Counted from the stretch's first letter, positions 1 to 12,480 are shown. The stretch is DNA of 64,000 bases from Hemiscyllium ocellatum (GCF_020745735.1 NC_083430.1:39484909-39548908); one strand, 5' to 3'. The notes: generated by a model from the sequence alone, not told the origin. Numbers and translations: made by a program.

Positions 1-239
1 CTAGCCTCATCTGCAAGTGGGGTACTCTACCCTTTCATACTCTTAAAAGTCAGGCTTCAAAGATCCCCAATGTTACAAATGATACTTACTGCAGAAATAC
101 TTACTGTAGAATTCCCAGCCTCTGACCTGCTCTGGTTTCTGACTAATGCTTTTCACAATGCCTCTATATCCTCTTACCAGCTACTCCCCATTAAAGACAA
201 TATATGGGGGAGGTACAGTTCGAAAGGGGATGCAGGAGC

Positions 240-695
240 AGACTGGTCTGAGTCTATATGTTAACAAAGCACACAGTGATCTTGACATTATTAATAAGTA
301 CATAGAATACAAGTGCGGGGAGATGATATTGAAATTAGACAAGGCATTTGTTAGACCTTAGCTGGAATATTGTGTACAATTGTGGATACCATATTATAGG
401 AAAGATATGTATGCATGAGAGACAGTGCAGAGGGAGTTTACAGGAATGGTTCCAGGAATGAGAAACCTCTGTTATGAGGATAGTTTTAAGAAGTTGAGAT
501 TGTTCTCCTTGGAAGAAGGCTAAGAGGTAATTTGATAGAGGTTTTCAAAATCATGAACTGGTTGAATGCAGTAGATAGGGAGAAGTTGTTCTTTCTTGTA
601 AAAGGAAGAAAGAATAAGAGGTCATAAATTTAAAGTGATTTCTAAAAGAAGCAAGGGTGATGTGCAAAAAAAATCTTAGCAAGCAGTTAAGACAT
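240..695 (+). mobile_element. Degraded CR1 LINE 3' fragment
   Basis: Translates to ...ILKLDKAFVRP*LEYCVQLW..., the CR1 ORF2 C-terminal signature. Confidence 0.75.
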
Positions 696-699
696 GGGA

Positions 700-1390
700 T
701 GTGGAAACAGTAATGACTGCAGATACTGGAAGTCAGAATCAATAGATGTGGAGTTGGAAAAGCACAGCAAGTCAGACAACATCCAAGGAGCAGGTAGGTC
801 AACGTTTCAGTCTGAAACTTCATCAGGCCTGGGGAGCGGGCCCAGATATATATTGGGTGAGGTGCAATTGGTGGGGCCGGGGAAGGGTAGGTATGGGGGT
901 TATTTTCATTGGTAGTGAGAGGAGTGGAGTGGGTAGGTGAGTAGGAAGATGGGTAGGTTAGGGAGACTCTGAGATAGGCAGTGGAGGGATTTTGAAGCTG
1001 GTGAAGTTGATATTGAGGTCATTGGGCAGTAAGCTCCCTCAGGTGTTGTTCCTCCAGTTTACAGTTGACCTTACTTGACAGTGGATCCTTGGCCTCCTCC
1101 AAAGTCAGAGTGAGGCCAAACAAACTGGAGGAACAACACTAATATTTCGCCTGGGGAGCTTGCAGCCAATGGCCTCAATTGATTTCACCAGCTCTTGAAA
1201 TCCTCCATGTCCAGCAGCCTCTTCCTCCTCACCTCCCGACCTGACCTAATCTGCCCATTGTCCTATGCACTTATCCACTCTAGCCTTCCCACTGGAATCA
1301 CATTAATCCCCTACCTGAATCCACCTATCACCAACAACCCAGCACCTCCCACTAACCCACTCCTGATGAAGGGTTTCAGACAAAACCAAA
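700..1390. mobile_element. Penelope-like element remnant with inverted (fold-back) structure
   Basis: 1085-1200 (+) gives a frameshifted GIY-YIG C-terminus (ILGLL...KLEEQH*IFRLGSLQP.GL), mirrored at about 985-1065. Degenerate CTGATGA...GAAAC motifs at 799-827 (-) and about 1363 (+). Confidence 0.7.
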
Positions 1391-1739
1391 ACTTTCCCAG
1401 ACATGGGATGTACTGTCAAGAAATGTGGTGATTATTTAGGTAGAAATGGTATGCAGTGATATATGGAAAAGGCAGGAGACAGGCACGATGGGCTCCTTCC
1501 ATGGTGTTACAATTCTGTGAAGAGATTTTCCTGTGGTCTGGGACTCTTTAAACAATCCCAAGCTAATTTCGAGCCACACAATCGGGCATGGTACTTTTAT
1601 ATATGGACCGCCTGACTCAGAGTTAGTGAGATTTCCTCCGCACCACAAGGGCCCATGCAACTGAGGCTTTTGTTGAGGCCCTGGTTGCTAGGGCCCGATT
1701 CCCGAATGTTCCAGTTACCTTGGTGACCGTACAGTCTGC

Positions 1740-1923
1740 GTCACACCCACGTTCATTCTATTGGTTTAACGTCATACGTAATGGATCGGCGCGTCTGGTG
1801 ATTGGTTGAAAGACCTGTCCATCAACTCTTGACCGCGGTGGCACGACTTCCGGGTGAGCGGCCCGGGGCCTGTAGCGTGGTTGAGCGACAGCTTGAGGGG
1901 AGCAGCACCGAGTCGGAGAAACG
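1740..1923 (+). promoter_or_regulatory. NUDC: NUDC CpG-rich promoter / 5' UTR
   Basis: CpG-dense segment directly upstream of the ATG at 1924. Two reverse CCAAT boxes (ATTGG at 1760-1764 and 1801-1805) and an ETS/GABPA motif ACTTCCGG at 1846-1853. No TATA box seen. Confidence 0.75.
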
Positions 1924-2004
1924 ATGGGGGACTCATCCGGCGAGGATCGCTTCGATGGCATTCTGCTGGCGATGGCCCAGCAACATGAAGGGGGTGTTCA
2001 CCAG
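1924..2004 (+). CDS. NUDC: NUDC coding exon 1 (MGDSSGEDRFDGILLAMAQQHEGGVHQ)
   Basis: Matches the NudC N-terminus (human MGGEQEEERFDGMLLAMAQQHEGGVQE). 81 nt, donor CAG|GTATGA. Confidence 0.96.
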
Positions 2005-2784
2005 GTATGAAGGAGGTACTTACCCCTACCCGAGTGTGGGCAGATTTCCTCCCCTTCCTGTAGATGTATCCCACCTGCCGTCCCGCTTAATGGGGTTGGA
2101 TCCTTTATCCCTTCCCCCACATTCCACCTGCGGTGTATATTTCCGCACGCTCCGCCAGATCTGGGGAATAGATTTACTTTCTTTCCGCTTTCCAACGAAA
2201 AAACAACCGTCACGGCGTGAGGTGGAGCGGTGTGAATCCAGTTTCACTTGGGGGTTTATTCTGTATCACAGCTAACCCTTACATTCTGTTTTTTTTTGTG
2301 GGGGTGTGGATCTGTTAAATAAATACGCTTTTGTGGTGGTGGATCCTCTAATTTCCTCTCTCCTGGTTCTGCCGGAGGGTAGATTTCAGTAGCACAGTAT
2401 CTGGGAACATCTGTCCAGTGGTTAAAAAAAGGCAGGAAATTAAGACCATTGGCATCTCAATAACTTTGCAATGTACTTAATGTTTTAATGTAGGAAATGC
2501 ACTCGCCAAACTTCATACATTAACTTCTAACAAACAATAATAATTGTCTACTGTACGTTATTCCGAGGGATAAATATTGTCAAGAACTACATGGTGAATG
2601 GTGAAATGTCCAGTTCACCATCATCATTGGGGGGAATGAAAGAGTTTGGTGTATGCCACTACTGCCTGTATTGTGTTCTTCACCGACAGGGACATCGTGA
2701 TCCATGCCTGATTATAGCTGCACTCAAACATAAAACAACTTAAAGTTGGTTTATTTCCATGCTGAATTGAGTGGGTTTTTTAAA

Positions 2785-4590
2785 CTTATTCACTCATGGG
2801 ATAATGGTGATGCTGGTTGGGCCAGCATTTATTACCCAATTTTAGTTGCCTTTGAAGGTATGTTGAGCTGGTGCGGGGATACCCACAATGTCATTAGAGA
2901 AGGAATTCCAGGATATTAACACTGCAACAATGAAGGAATAGGAATATATTTCCTGTAAAGATGGTGAGTAGATGGAGGGAAACATGCAGGTGGTGGTGTT
3001 CATTTGTATCTGCTGTCGCTGCCCTTCTAGAAGGTAGCAATTATAGGTTTGGAAGATTGTGTCTGAGGAGGGTTAGTGCACTTTTGCATTGCATCTTGTA
3101 GATGGTAGACGCTGCTGCTCCTATGTGTCACTGGTAGAGGGAGGGAATATTTGTGGATGTGGTGCCAATCAAGCTGGTTGTTTTGTCCAATATGGTGTCA
3201 TGTGTCTTATTTGTTGTCAGTAGTGCGTTCATCTGGACACGTGAAGACTATTCCATTGTCCTCCTGACTTGTGGCGAGATATTGGGGAGTAAGAATGTGA
3301 ATTCGTCATTATCTGATTCCTAACCTCTGATCTGCTTTTGTAGCCACGGTATTTATGTGGCTAATTCGGTTTGTTTTCTGGTCAGTGGTAACCCACATGA
3401 TAATGGGGGTTTTGGTGATGGTTATACCTTTGAATGTCAGGTGTTGGTTTTATTCTCTCATTGTAGATGATAATTCTTTGCATTTGTGTGCTGAGACTCC
3501 TGCCACTTGTTAGCCCAAACCTGGATGTTGTTCAGGTCTTGCTGCCTTTGGAGATGGTGTACTTCAGATTCTGAAGAGTTGTGCATGGTACTCAACATTC
3601 TACAATCACCAGTGAACATCCCTATTTCTGACCATATGTTGGAGGGAAGATTATTGATAATACTTAGATGGTTGGGACAAAGACATTCCCTGAGGAGCTC
3701 CTACAGAGATGTCCTGGAGCTGAATTGAATAAATTCCATTAGTCTTAGTTCCAGGAGAGTTCCCCCCCCCCCCCCCCAATTCCCATTGACACCAATACTA
3801 CTACGGCTCCTTGATACCAAACTTGGTCAAATGTGGCCTTCAGGTCAGGGGCAGTCACTTTCCCTTCATGTGGAACTCTGCTTTTTTGTTCATGTTTTTA
3901 ATCAAGGCTGTAATGAGGTCAGGAATTGAGTGGCCCCGGTGGAACCCAAATTAAGCATCAATAAGTAGGTTATTGCTATGCAAGTGCCATTTGATAGCAC
4001 TGTTTATTACCCTTTCTGTCACTTTACTGATGATTAACAGTAGCACAGTAATTAGCTAGGTTGAATGTTTCCAATTTTTTTTGTGTATCAGACATACCTG
4101 GGCAATTTTTCATTGTCGGGCGAATGCCAATTTTGAAGTTTTACGTATTGCCATGTGGGTCTGGAGTCAATGTTGAGGACTCCAAGGGCGACATCCTTCT
4201 GAATATATATTGTACATACTTTGCCACTACCTCTGCTAGGTCTGTCCTGCCAGTGAGACACGGACGATGATGGTGTTGCCTGGAACATTGTTTATCAGGT
4301 ATGACTCCACAGCTAAGACTGTCAGGCTCTTGTTTGATGAATCTGTAAGACTGCACTCCCTTACCATTATTAAGGGGTATTTGTCATGTTGGGACCTCTG
4401 TTTGCTGTTGTCACTTATAGTGCCTTAGTTGATGTCAAGTTTCCACTTTCATTTCTTTTTTCCTTTTTGCAAGTTGATAAATTCCAAATCTATCATCTGT
4501 TAAGCTGGATTCAAACTCAAGTGCTCAGAATGTTACCTGGGACTCTGGATTACTAGTCTAGCAACAATAGTACTCGACCATTACCTCCCC
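2785..4590 (-). mobile_element. tRNA-headed, internally deleted CR1/L2-type LINE derivative
   Basis: On the - strand: a tRNA-like head at 4590-4505, an APE endonuclease N-terminal remnant (SHWQDRPSRGSG...VALGVLNIDS), RT remnants (a degenerate FADD region and QQDLNNIQVWANKWQ) and a 3' tail shared with other copies in the window. Confidence 0.65.
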
Positions 4591-4701
4591 AATTTCTAAT
4601 TTGCTTTCATCCATTATGACTTTTATAGGAGAATGTACTATCCAGTAACCTGTGAAGTTTAGTGGATCTAATTAACAGCCTTAACATTTTTCTTTCACAA
4701 G

Positions 4702-4779
4702 CTCGTGGATACATTCTTCAGTTTTCTGAGGCGGAAAACCGACTTCTTTACTGGTGGAGAGCAGGGAGCAGCGAACAAA
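4702..4779 (+). CDS. NUDC: NUDC exon 2 ([26 protein letters not shown])
   Basis: Conserved [12 protein letters not shown] motif. Acceptor tttcacaag, donor GTGAGT, 78 nt, phase 0. Confidence 0.96.
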
Positions 4780-4949
4780 GTGAGTATAAGGGGTTTCGTT
4801 ATAGCTCCATTTATCTTGGGTTGACGGGGTGCTCCTCATCTTCATTTCTCAATTCAATTTCCCAGTGACAATGCCCAGGTCTCCCTAGTATACTAATAGT
4901 GTAATCCCATTTAACTGATTTGATTATTCTGATCATGTATTTTCCACAG

Positions 4950-5159
4950 TTGGTCACAGACACCTTCAAACGCCACCATAAGTTAGCCATACAGGCTCAG
5001 ATGGAAAAGGAGGTGAAAAAGGAAGCAGAGAGAAAAGAAAAATTGGAACGGGCAAAGCTTATAGAGGAAAAAGAGAAATCTGAACCAGAATTGAAGCAGC
5101 CAAAGATCAAGGAGCTGACTGATGAGGAGGCGGAGAAATTGCAGAAGGAGATTGACCAA
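4950..5159 (+). CDS. NUDC: NUDC exon 3, coiled-coil region (LVTDTF...PKIKELTDEEAEKLQKEIDQ)
   Basis: Conserved IKELTDEEAE motif. Acceptor ttttccacag, donor GTAAGT, 210 nt. Confidence 0.95.
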
Positions 5160-5480
5160 GTAAGTACAGTATCTAATGGCCAATTGAAACATTAGAATTG
5201 GATTATGGAATTAGGAGACAGGAATAGGGATAATAGCATGCAGTCATATTGTTAATATATGGGTAATGGTATTGCACGGAGATCTTGATGTTTCAATAGA
5301 TATGAATAACTTGTGAAGCAATAGAAAGCTGTAAACCTAAATTGGCTGATGGCGCCAAGTTAGTTGGCACTGCTAATAATGCAGATGAGAGTGAAAAGAT
5401 GCAAAGAATCAATAGTAGATTTAGTGATTAGGCAAAACTCTGACAGATGGATTTCAGTGTGATGTCATAGAGTCATACAG

Positions 5481-5636
5481 GAAAAAGTGAGGTCTGCAGA
5501 TGCTGGAGTATCAGAGCTGAAAATGTGTTGCTGGAAAAGCGCAGCAGGTCAGGAAGGGCTTATGTCCGAAACGTCGAATTTCCTGTTCTTTGGATGCTGC
5601 CTGACCTGCTGCGCTTTTCCAGCAACACATTTTCAG
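5481..5636. mobile_element. Short PLE-derived fold-back element with 15-bp TSD
   Basis: Perfect 38-bp inverted repeats at 5516-5553 and 5600-5637. Flanking direct repeat CATAGAGTCATACAG at 5466-5480 and 5637-5651. Inserted into the tail of a minus-strand CR1. Confidence 0.8.
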
Positions 5637-5929
5637 CATAGAGTCATACAGCTTGGAAACAGATTCTTCAGTCCAACCAGTCCATGCCAAACATAATCTC
5701 AAACTAAACTAGTCCAACTTACCTGCTCCTGGCCCATATCCCTCCAAACCCTTTCCTAATTATGCATCTATCCAAATGTCTTTTAATTTGTACCTGCATC
5801 CACCACTTCCTCAGGAAGTTAATTCCACACGTGAACCACCCTCTAGATCAGAGTTTTTATTTCTTTAAATGGTGAGAAGCTTAGAACTGAGGAGTACAAA
5901 GTTTTAAAGGCTTTTAATACAAAGGATTC

Positions 5930-8900
5930 AGGGTAATCCAAGATGGAGGACAGCGAAAAATTGTAGTTGTGAGGGCTGCTCCTTTTTTTTTGAAGTATTT
6001 TACGTGATGGAGGTGATTTCCTCGAATCCCAGGAGCAGCAATTACTGTTTTATATGCAGTTGCATTGTTTTGGAACTTTGGGGAAAAAGATCAAAACAAC
6101 AGCACTTTTAAAAGGAGAAAAGACAGACAAAAGGCAGCAACCTTTTGTGAGGGAGAGAAAGAAAACCCACACTGCTAACTGACACTACAGTGAATCTGCA
6201 CAGTTACTGCCTTTGCTGTTTGAGTTCATGTATCTCTGGACATGCGAGTGCGTCTTGGAAAAATTAACCTGGCCTTCGAGGAACCTGTGTGGGTGAGCTG
6301 AGCACAGGAACAGATGGGTGCGTAGTTTTTAACGTGTAACCTTGCTGTAAGTCTACAGTAGTGAGTAGAGCGGATTCTTTCTTGATTATATGTTTTATTG
6401 AGATCTGTCTCTTGATTAAATCTCAAAACTATAAACCAGAAGTACTAAGTTAACCTGGAACGCTGTTTTTGAGTGCAAAATGACAGTGCTATTTTATGGG
6501 TCTGTAGATTATAAAGGAGCAAAATGGCCTTTAGTAGAGTGATATGCTCTTCCTATCAGATGTCGGAGTTTAGGGAGAGTTTCTATGTTACTAATGATTA
6601 TGTCTGCAGGAAGTGTCTTTAGTTGCGAATCTTATCACGTCACATAGAATGGTTGGAGCCATAGTTAGAGGCAGTGAGGAATTTACAAGAGTTGGGGGTG
6701 TGATGGATGGCAATTAAAGGAAGGGAGAAAAGACACAGATACAGTCAGGTAAATGGGTTAACTCCAGGAAAGATAGGAAGGGTGGCTATCCCCATTTCAG
6801 ACAAGTATGCTGTTTTGGAAAATGTAGAGGATGCTAGACTCTCAGGGGAATGTAGCATGAACAGCCTAGTTTCTGGTATTGAGACGAGTTTTCTAATGAA
6901 ATGAGGGATACATCGGGTACCAAGTGATCGATTGTGATTGGGGACTCTCTAGTCTGAGGCACAGACGGATGTTTCTGTGGCCAGAAGTGAAAAATCAGAA
7001 TAATGTGTTGCCTCCCTGGCGCCAGGATCAAGGATATCTCAGAGAGGGTGCGGAATGTTCTTCCGGGGCAGAGGGGCCATCAGGAAGTCATTGTACACAT
7101 TGGAACCAACGACATAGAGTCATAGAGATGTACAGCATGGAAACAGACCCTTCGGTCCAACCCGTCCATGCCGACCAGATATCCCAACCCAATCTAGTCC
7201 CACCTGCCAGCACTCGGCCCATATCCCTCAATCCTTCCTATTCGTATACCCATCCAAACGCCTCTTAAATGTTGCAATTGTACCAGCCTCCACCACTTCC
7301 TCTGGCAGCTCATTCCATACACGTACCACCCTCTGTGTGAGGTCTCTTTTATATCTTTCCCCTCTCACCCTAAACTAATGCCCTCTAGTTCTGGACTCCC
7401 CAGCACCAGGGAAAAGACTATGCCTATTTATGCTATCCATGCCCCTCATAATTTTGTAAACCTCTATAAGGTCACCCCTCAGCTTTTGATGCTCCAGGGA
7501 AAGCAGCCCCAGTGTGTTCAGCCTCTCCCTGTAGCTCAGATCCTCCAACCCTGGCAACATCCTTGAAAATCTTTTCTGAACCCTTTCAAGTTTCACAACA
7601 ACATCTTTCCAATAGGAAGGAGACCAGAATTGCACGCAATCTTCCAACAGTGGCCTAACCAATGTCCTGTACAGCCGCAACATGACCTCTCAACTCCTGT
7701 ACTCAATACTCTGACCAATAAAGGAAGTCGTACCAAACGCAGCCTTCACTATCCTATCTACCTGCGACTCCACTTTCAAGGACATATGAACCTCCACTCC
7801 AAAATCTCTTTGTTCAGCAAAACTCCCTAGGGCCTTACCATTAAGTGTTGAAGTCCTGCTAAGATTTGCTTTCCCAAAATGCAGCACCTTGCATTTATCT
7901 GAATTAAACTCCACCTGCCACTTCTCAGCCCATTGGCCCATCTGGTCAAGATCCTGTTGTAATCTGAGGTAACCCTCTTCACTGTCCACTACACTTCCAA
8001 TTTTGGTGTCATCTGCAAACTTACTAACTGTACCTCTTATGCTCGCATCCAAATCAGGAATATACTTTCTCTGGATTCTTGTTCTCTTATTTCTGAAGGC
8101 TTCCCATTTTCCTGCCATCCCTTTACCTGCGAACATCTGCCTCCAATCTGCTTTTGAAAGTTCTTGCCTAATACCGTCAAAATTGGCCTTTCTCCAATTT
8201 AGAACTTCAACTTTTAGATCTGGTCTATCCTCTTCCATCACTATTTTAATAGGAAGGGAAAAGAATAAGATTCTGAAGGGAGAATATAGTAAGTTAGGCA
8301 GGAATTTAAAAAGGAAGTCCTCCAAGGTAATATTATCTGGATTACTCTTGGTGCTACGTGCTAGTGAGGGTAGGAATAGGAGGACAGAGCAGATGAATGC
8401 ATGGCTGAGGAGCTGGTGCAGGGGAGAAGGGTTCATGTTTTTGGATCATTGGAATCCCTTCTGGGATAGAAGTGACTTGTACAAGAAGGACGGATTGCAC
8501 CTGAATTGGAAGGTGCAATGTGCTGGAGCTGCTCAGGAGGATTTAAACTCGTAAGGTTGGAGGGTGGGATCCTGAGAGATCGTGAGGAAAGAGATCAATG
8601 TGAGACTGGTACAGTTGAGAAAAGGAGCGAGTCAAACAGTCAGGGCAGGCTGGAATAAAGCAGAGAACAAGGTAGGACTGATAAATTTAACTGCATTTAC
8701 TTCAATGCTAGAGGCCTAACAAGGAAGGCAAATGAACTCGGGGCATGGTCAGGAACATAGGACTGGGATGTCATAGCAATTACAGAAATGTGGCTCAGTG
8801 ATGGACAGGACTTGCAGCTTAATGTTCCAGGATACAGGAGTGATAGAAAAAGGGAGGAGGGTAAGTGGCATTTTTGATAAGGGATAGCATTACTGCTATA

Positions 8901-11900
8901 TGTAAATAGGATATTCCTAGGAATACATCCAGGGAAGTTATTTGGGTGGAACTGAGAAATAAGGAAGGGATGATCACCTTATTAGGATTGTATTATAGAC
9001 CTCCCAAATAGTCAACAGGAAATTTGAGAAACAAATTTAAGGAGATTTCAGTTATCTGTAAGAATAAGAGGGTAGTCATGGGAGGGGATTTTAACTTTCC
9101 AAACATAGACTAGGACTGCCATAGTGTTAAAGGTTTAGATGGAAAGAAATTTGTTAACTGTGTACAAGAAAATTTACTGATTCAGTATGTGGATGGATCC
9201 ACTAAAGAAGGTGCAAAACTTGACCTACTCTTGGGAAATGAGGCAGGGCACATGATTTGAGGGTTCAGTGGGAAAGACTTTGGGGCCAATGACCATAATC
9301 CTATTCATTTAAAATAGTTATGGAAAAAGATAGACCAGATGTAAAAGTTGAAGGTTTAAATTGCAGGAAGGCTAATTTGACTGTATAAGGCAAGAACTTC
9401 AAAAGCTAATTGTGGTCAGATGTTCGCAGTTAAAGGAAAGGCTGAAAAATGGGAAGCATTCAAAATGAGATAACAAGAGTCCAGAGACAGTATATTCCTG
9501 TTAGGGTGAAAGGAAAGGCTGGTAGATGCAGGGAATGCTGGATGACCAGAGAAATATTTTGGTTAAGAAAAAGAAGGAAGTGTATGTCAGGTATGGACAG
9601 CAGAATTCGAGTGAATCCTAACAATATAAAGGCAGTCGGAGCATACCTCAGAAGGAAAACAGGAGGGCAAAAAGGGGACAGAATATAGCTTTGGCAAATA
9701 GGGTTAAAGAGAATCCAAAGGGTTTTTATAAATACATTAAGGACAAAAGGGTAACAAGGGAGAGAATAGTGCCCCTCAAAGATCAGCAAAACAGCCTGTG
9801 TATGGAACTGCAGGAGATGGGGCAGATACTAAATGAGTGTTTTGCATCAGTGTTTACATGGAGAGTACATGGAAGCTGTGGAATATGGGGAAGTAGATGG
9901 TGACTTTTTAAAAAATGTCCATATTACAGAGGAGGAGGTGCTGGTTGTCTTAAAACGCATGAAAGTGGATAAATCCCCAGGACCTGATAAGGTGTACCCT
10001 AGAATTCTGTGGGATTGCTAGGCCCCTTGCTGAAATATTTATATCATTGATTGTCACAGTTGAGGTGCCAGAAGACTGGAGGTTGGCTAACGTGGTGGCA
10101 AAGTTTAAGAAAAGTGGTAAGGAAAAGCCAGGGAACTATAGACCAGTGAACCTGACATCAGTGGTGGGCAAGTTGCTGGAGGGAATCCTGAGGGACAGGA
10201 TGTACATGTATTTAGAAAGCAAAGACTGATTAGGGAGAGTCAACATGGCTTTGTGTGTGGAAAATCATGTGTCACGAACTTGATTGAGTTTTTTTGAAGA
10301 AGTAATAAAAAGGATTGAGGGCAGAGGGTGAATGTGACCTATATGGATCTCTACAAGATTCCCCATGGGAGACTAGTTAGTAAAGTTAGATCTCATGGAA
10401 TACAGGGAGAACTAGCCATTTGGATACAGAACTGGCTTGAAGGTAGAAGACAGAGGCGGGTGGTGGAAAGCTGGTAGGTATAGGGAATGCTGGATGACTA
10501 AAGAAATTGAAGGTTTGGTTAAGAAAAAGAAGGAAGCATATGTCCGGTACAGACAGGATAGATCGAGTGAATCCTTCGAAGAGTATAAAGGAAGTAGGAG
10601 TATACTTAAGAGGGAAATCAGGAGGGCAAAAAGGGGACATGAGATAGCTTTGGCAAATAGAATTAAGGAGAATCCAAAGGGTTTTTACAAATCTATTAAG
10701 GACAAAAGGGTGAAAATAGAGCCCCTCAAAGTTCAGCAAGGCGGCCTTTGTGTGGAGCCACAGAAAATGGGGGAGATACTAAATGAATACTTTGCATCAG
10801 AACTTACTGTGGAAAAGGATGTGGAAGATATAGACTGTAGGGAAATAGATGATGACATCTTGTAAAATGTCCAGATTACAGAGGAGGAAGTGCTGGATGT
10901 CTTGAAATGGTTAAAGGTGGATAAATCCCCAGGACCTGATCAGGTGTACCCGAGAACTCTGTAGGAAGCTAGAGAAGTGATTGCTGGCCTCTTGCTGAGA
11001 TATTTGTATCATCGATAGTCACAGGTGAGGTGCCGGAAGACTGGAGGTTGGCTAACGTGTGCCACTGTTTAAGAAGGGTGGTAAGGACAAGCCAGGGAAC
11101 TGTAGACCGGTGAGCCTGACCACAGTGGTGGGCAAGTTGTTGGAGGGAATCCTGAGGGACAGGATGTACATGTATTTGGAAAGACAAGGTCTGATTAGGG
11201 ATAGTCAACATGGCTTTGTGTGTGGGAAATCATGTCTCTCAAACTTGATTGAGTGTTTTGAAGAAGTAACAAAGAACGTTGATGAGGGCAGAGCAGTAGA
11301 TGTGATCTATATGGACTTCAAAGTCGTTCGACAAGGTTCCCCATGGGAGACTGATGAGCAAGGTTAGGTCTCATGGAATACAGGGAGAACTAGCCATTTG
11401 GATGCAGAACTGGCTGAAAGGGAGAAGACAGGGTGGTGGTAGAGGGTTGTTTTTCAGACTGGAGGCCTGTGACCAGTGGAGTGCCACAAGGTGCTGGGCC
11501 CTCTACTTTTTGTCATTTACATAAATGATTTGGATGTGAACGTAGATGATATACTTAGTAAGTTTGCAGATGACACCAAAATTGGAGGTGTAGTGGACAG
11601 CGAAGAGGGTACCTCCGGTTACAACAGGATCTTGACCAGATGGGCCAATGGGCTGAGAAGTGGCAGATCGAGTTTAATTCAGATAAATGCGAGTTGCTGC
11701 ATTTTGGAAAAGCAAATCTTAGCAGGTCTTATACATTTAATGGTAAGGTCCTAGGGAGTGTTTTGCTGAACAAAGAGACCTTGGAGTGCAGATTCATAAC
11801 TCCTTGAAAGTAGACTCACAGGATAGGATATTGAAGAAGGCATTTGGTATGCTTTCCTTTATTGGTCAGAGTATTGAGTACAGGATTTGGGAGGTCATGT

Positions 11901-12480
11901 TGCGGCTGTACAGGACATTGGTCTGGCCACATTTGGAATATCATGTGCAGTTGTGGTCTCCTTCCTATTGGAAGGATGTTGTGAAACTTGAAAGGGTTCA
12001 GAAAAGATTTACAAGGAAATTGCCAGTATTGGAGTATTTAAGCTATAGGGAGAGGCTGAACAGGCTGGTTCTGTTTTCCCTGGAGCATTGGAGGCTAAGG
12101 AGTAACCTGATAGAGGTTTAATAAATCATGAAGGGCATGGATTATATAAATAGACAAGGTATTTTCCTTTGGGTGGGCGAGTCCATAACTAGAGGGCATC
12201 GGTTTAGGGTGAGAGGGCAAAGATATAAAAGGGACCTAGGGGGCAATGTTTCACACAAAGGGTGGTGCATGTATGAAATGAGCTGTCAGAGGAAGTGGGA
12301 GGCTGGTACAATTACAGCATTTAAAAGGCATATGGATGGGTAAATGAACAGGAAGGGTTTAGAGGGATATGGCCCAATTGCTGGCAAATGGGACTAGTTT
12401 AGGTTAGGATATCTTGTCTGAATGGACAAGTTTGATCTAAGGGTCTATTTCCATGCTGTACATCTCTATGACTCTATGAC
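5930..12480 (+). mobile_element. Near full-length, decayed CR1 (HER1-like) LINE in NUDC intron 3
   Basis: 5' UTR; ORF1 from ATG 6524 with a zinc-finger/leucine-zipper remnant (CSSY...CRKC) and SGNH esterase motifs (VIGDSLV, VIVHIGTNDI, DGLHLN); ORF2 endonuclease (NCIYFNARGL, about 8690) and RT (KPGNYRPV, SKFADDTK); (CTCTATGA)n tail at about 12464-12480. Many stops and frameshifts. Confidence 0.9.
7114..8248 (-). mobile_element. Internally deleted CR1 copy inserted antisense into ORF1 of the host CR1
   Basis: Tail (TCATAGAG)n at 7114-7127. ORFs 7375-7683 and 7690-8436 contain LVRPLLEDCVQFWSP and SKFADDTK. The host esterase reads GTNDI|GREK across the insertion. Confidence 0.88.

Noticed and set aside
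1-1740. NR0B2 (SHP), a neighbour of NUDC in human
   Set aside because: No nuclear-receptor ligand-binding-domain sequence is seen; the region is mostly repeat-derived.
1802-2275. 157-aa ORF over the NUDC start
   Set aside because: It is out of frame with NUDC exon 1, has a GTG start, and is a GC-rich chance ORF with no recognisable domain.
7690-8554. 248-aa and 183-aa overlapping ORFs as novel genes
   Set aside because: They are chimeric read-throughs across the junction of two nested CR1 elements.
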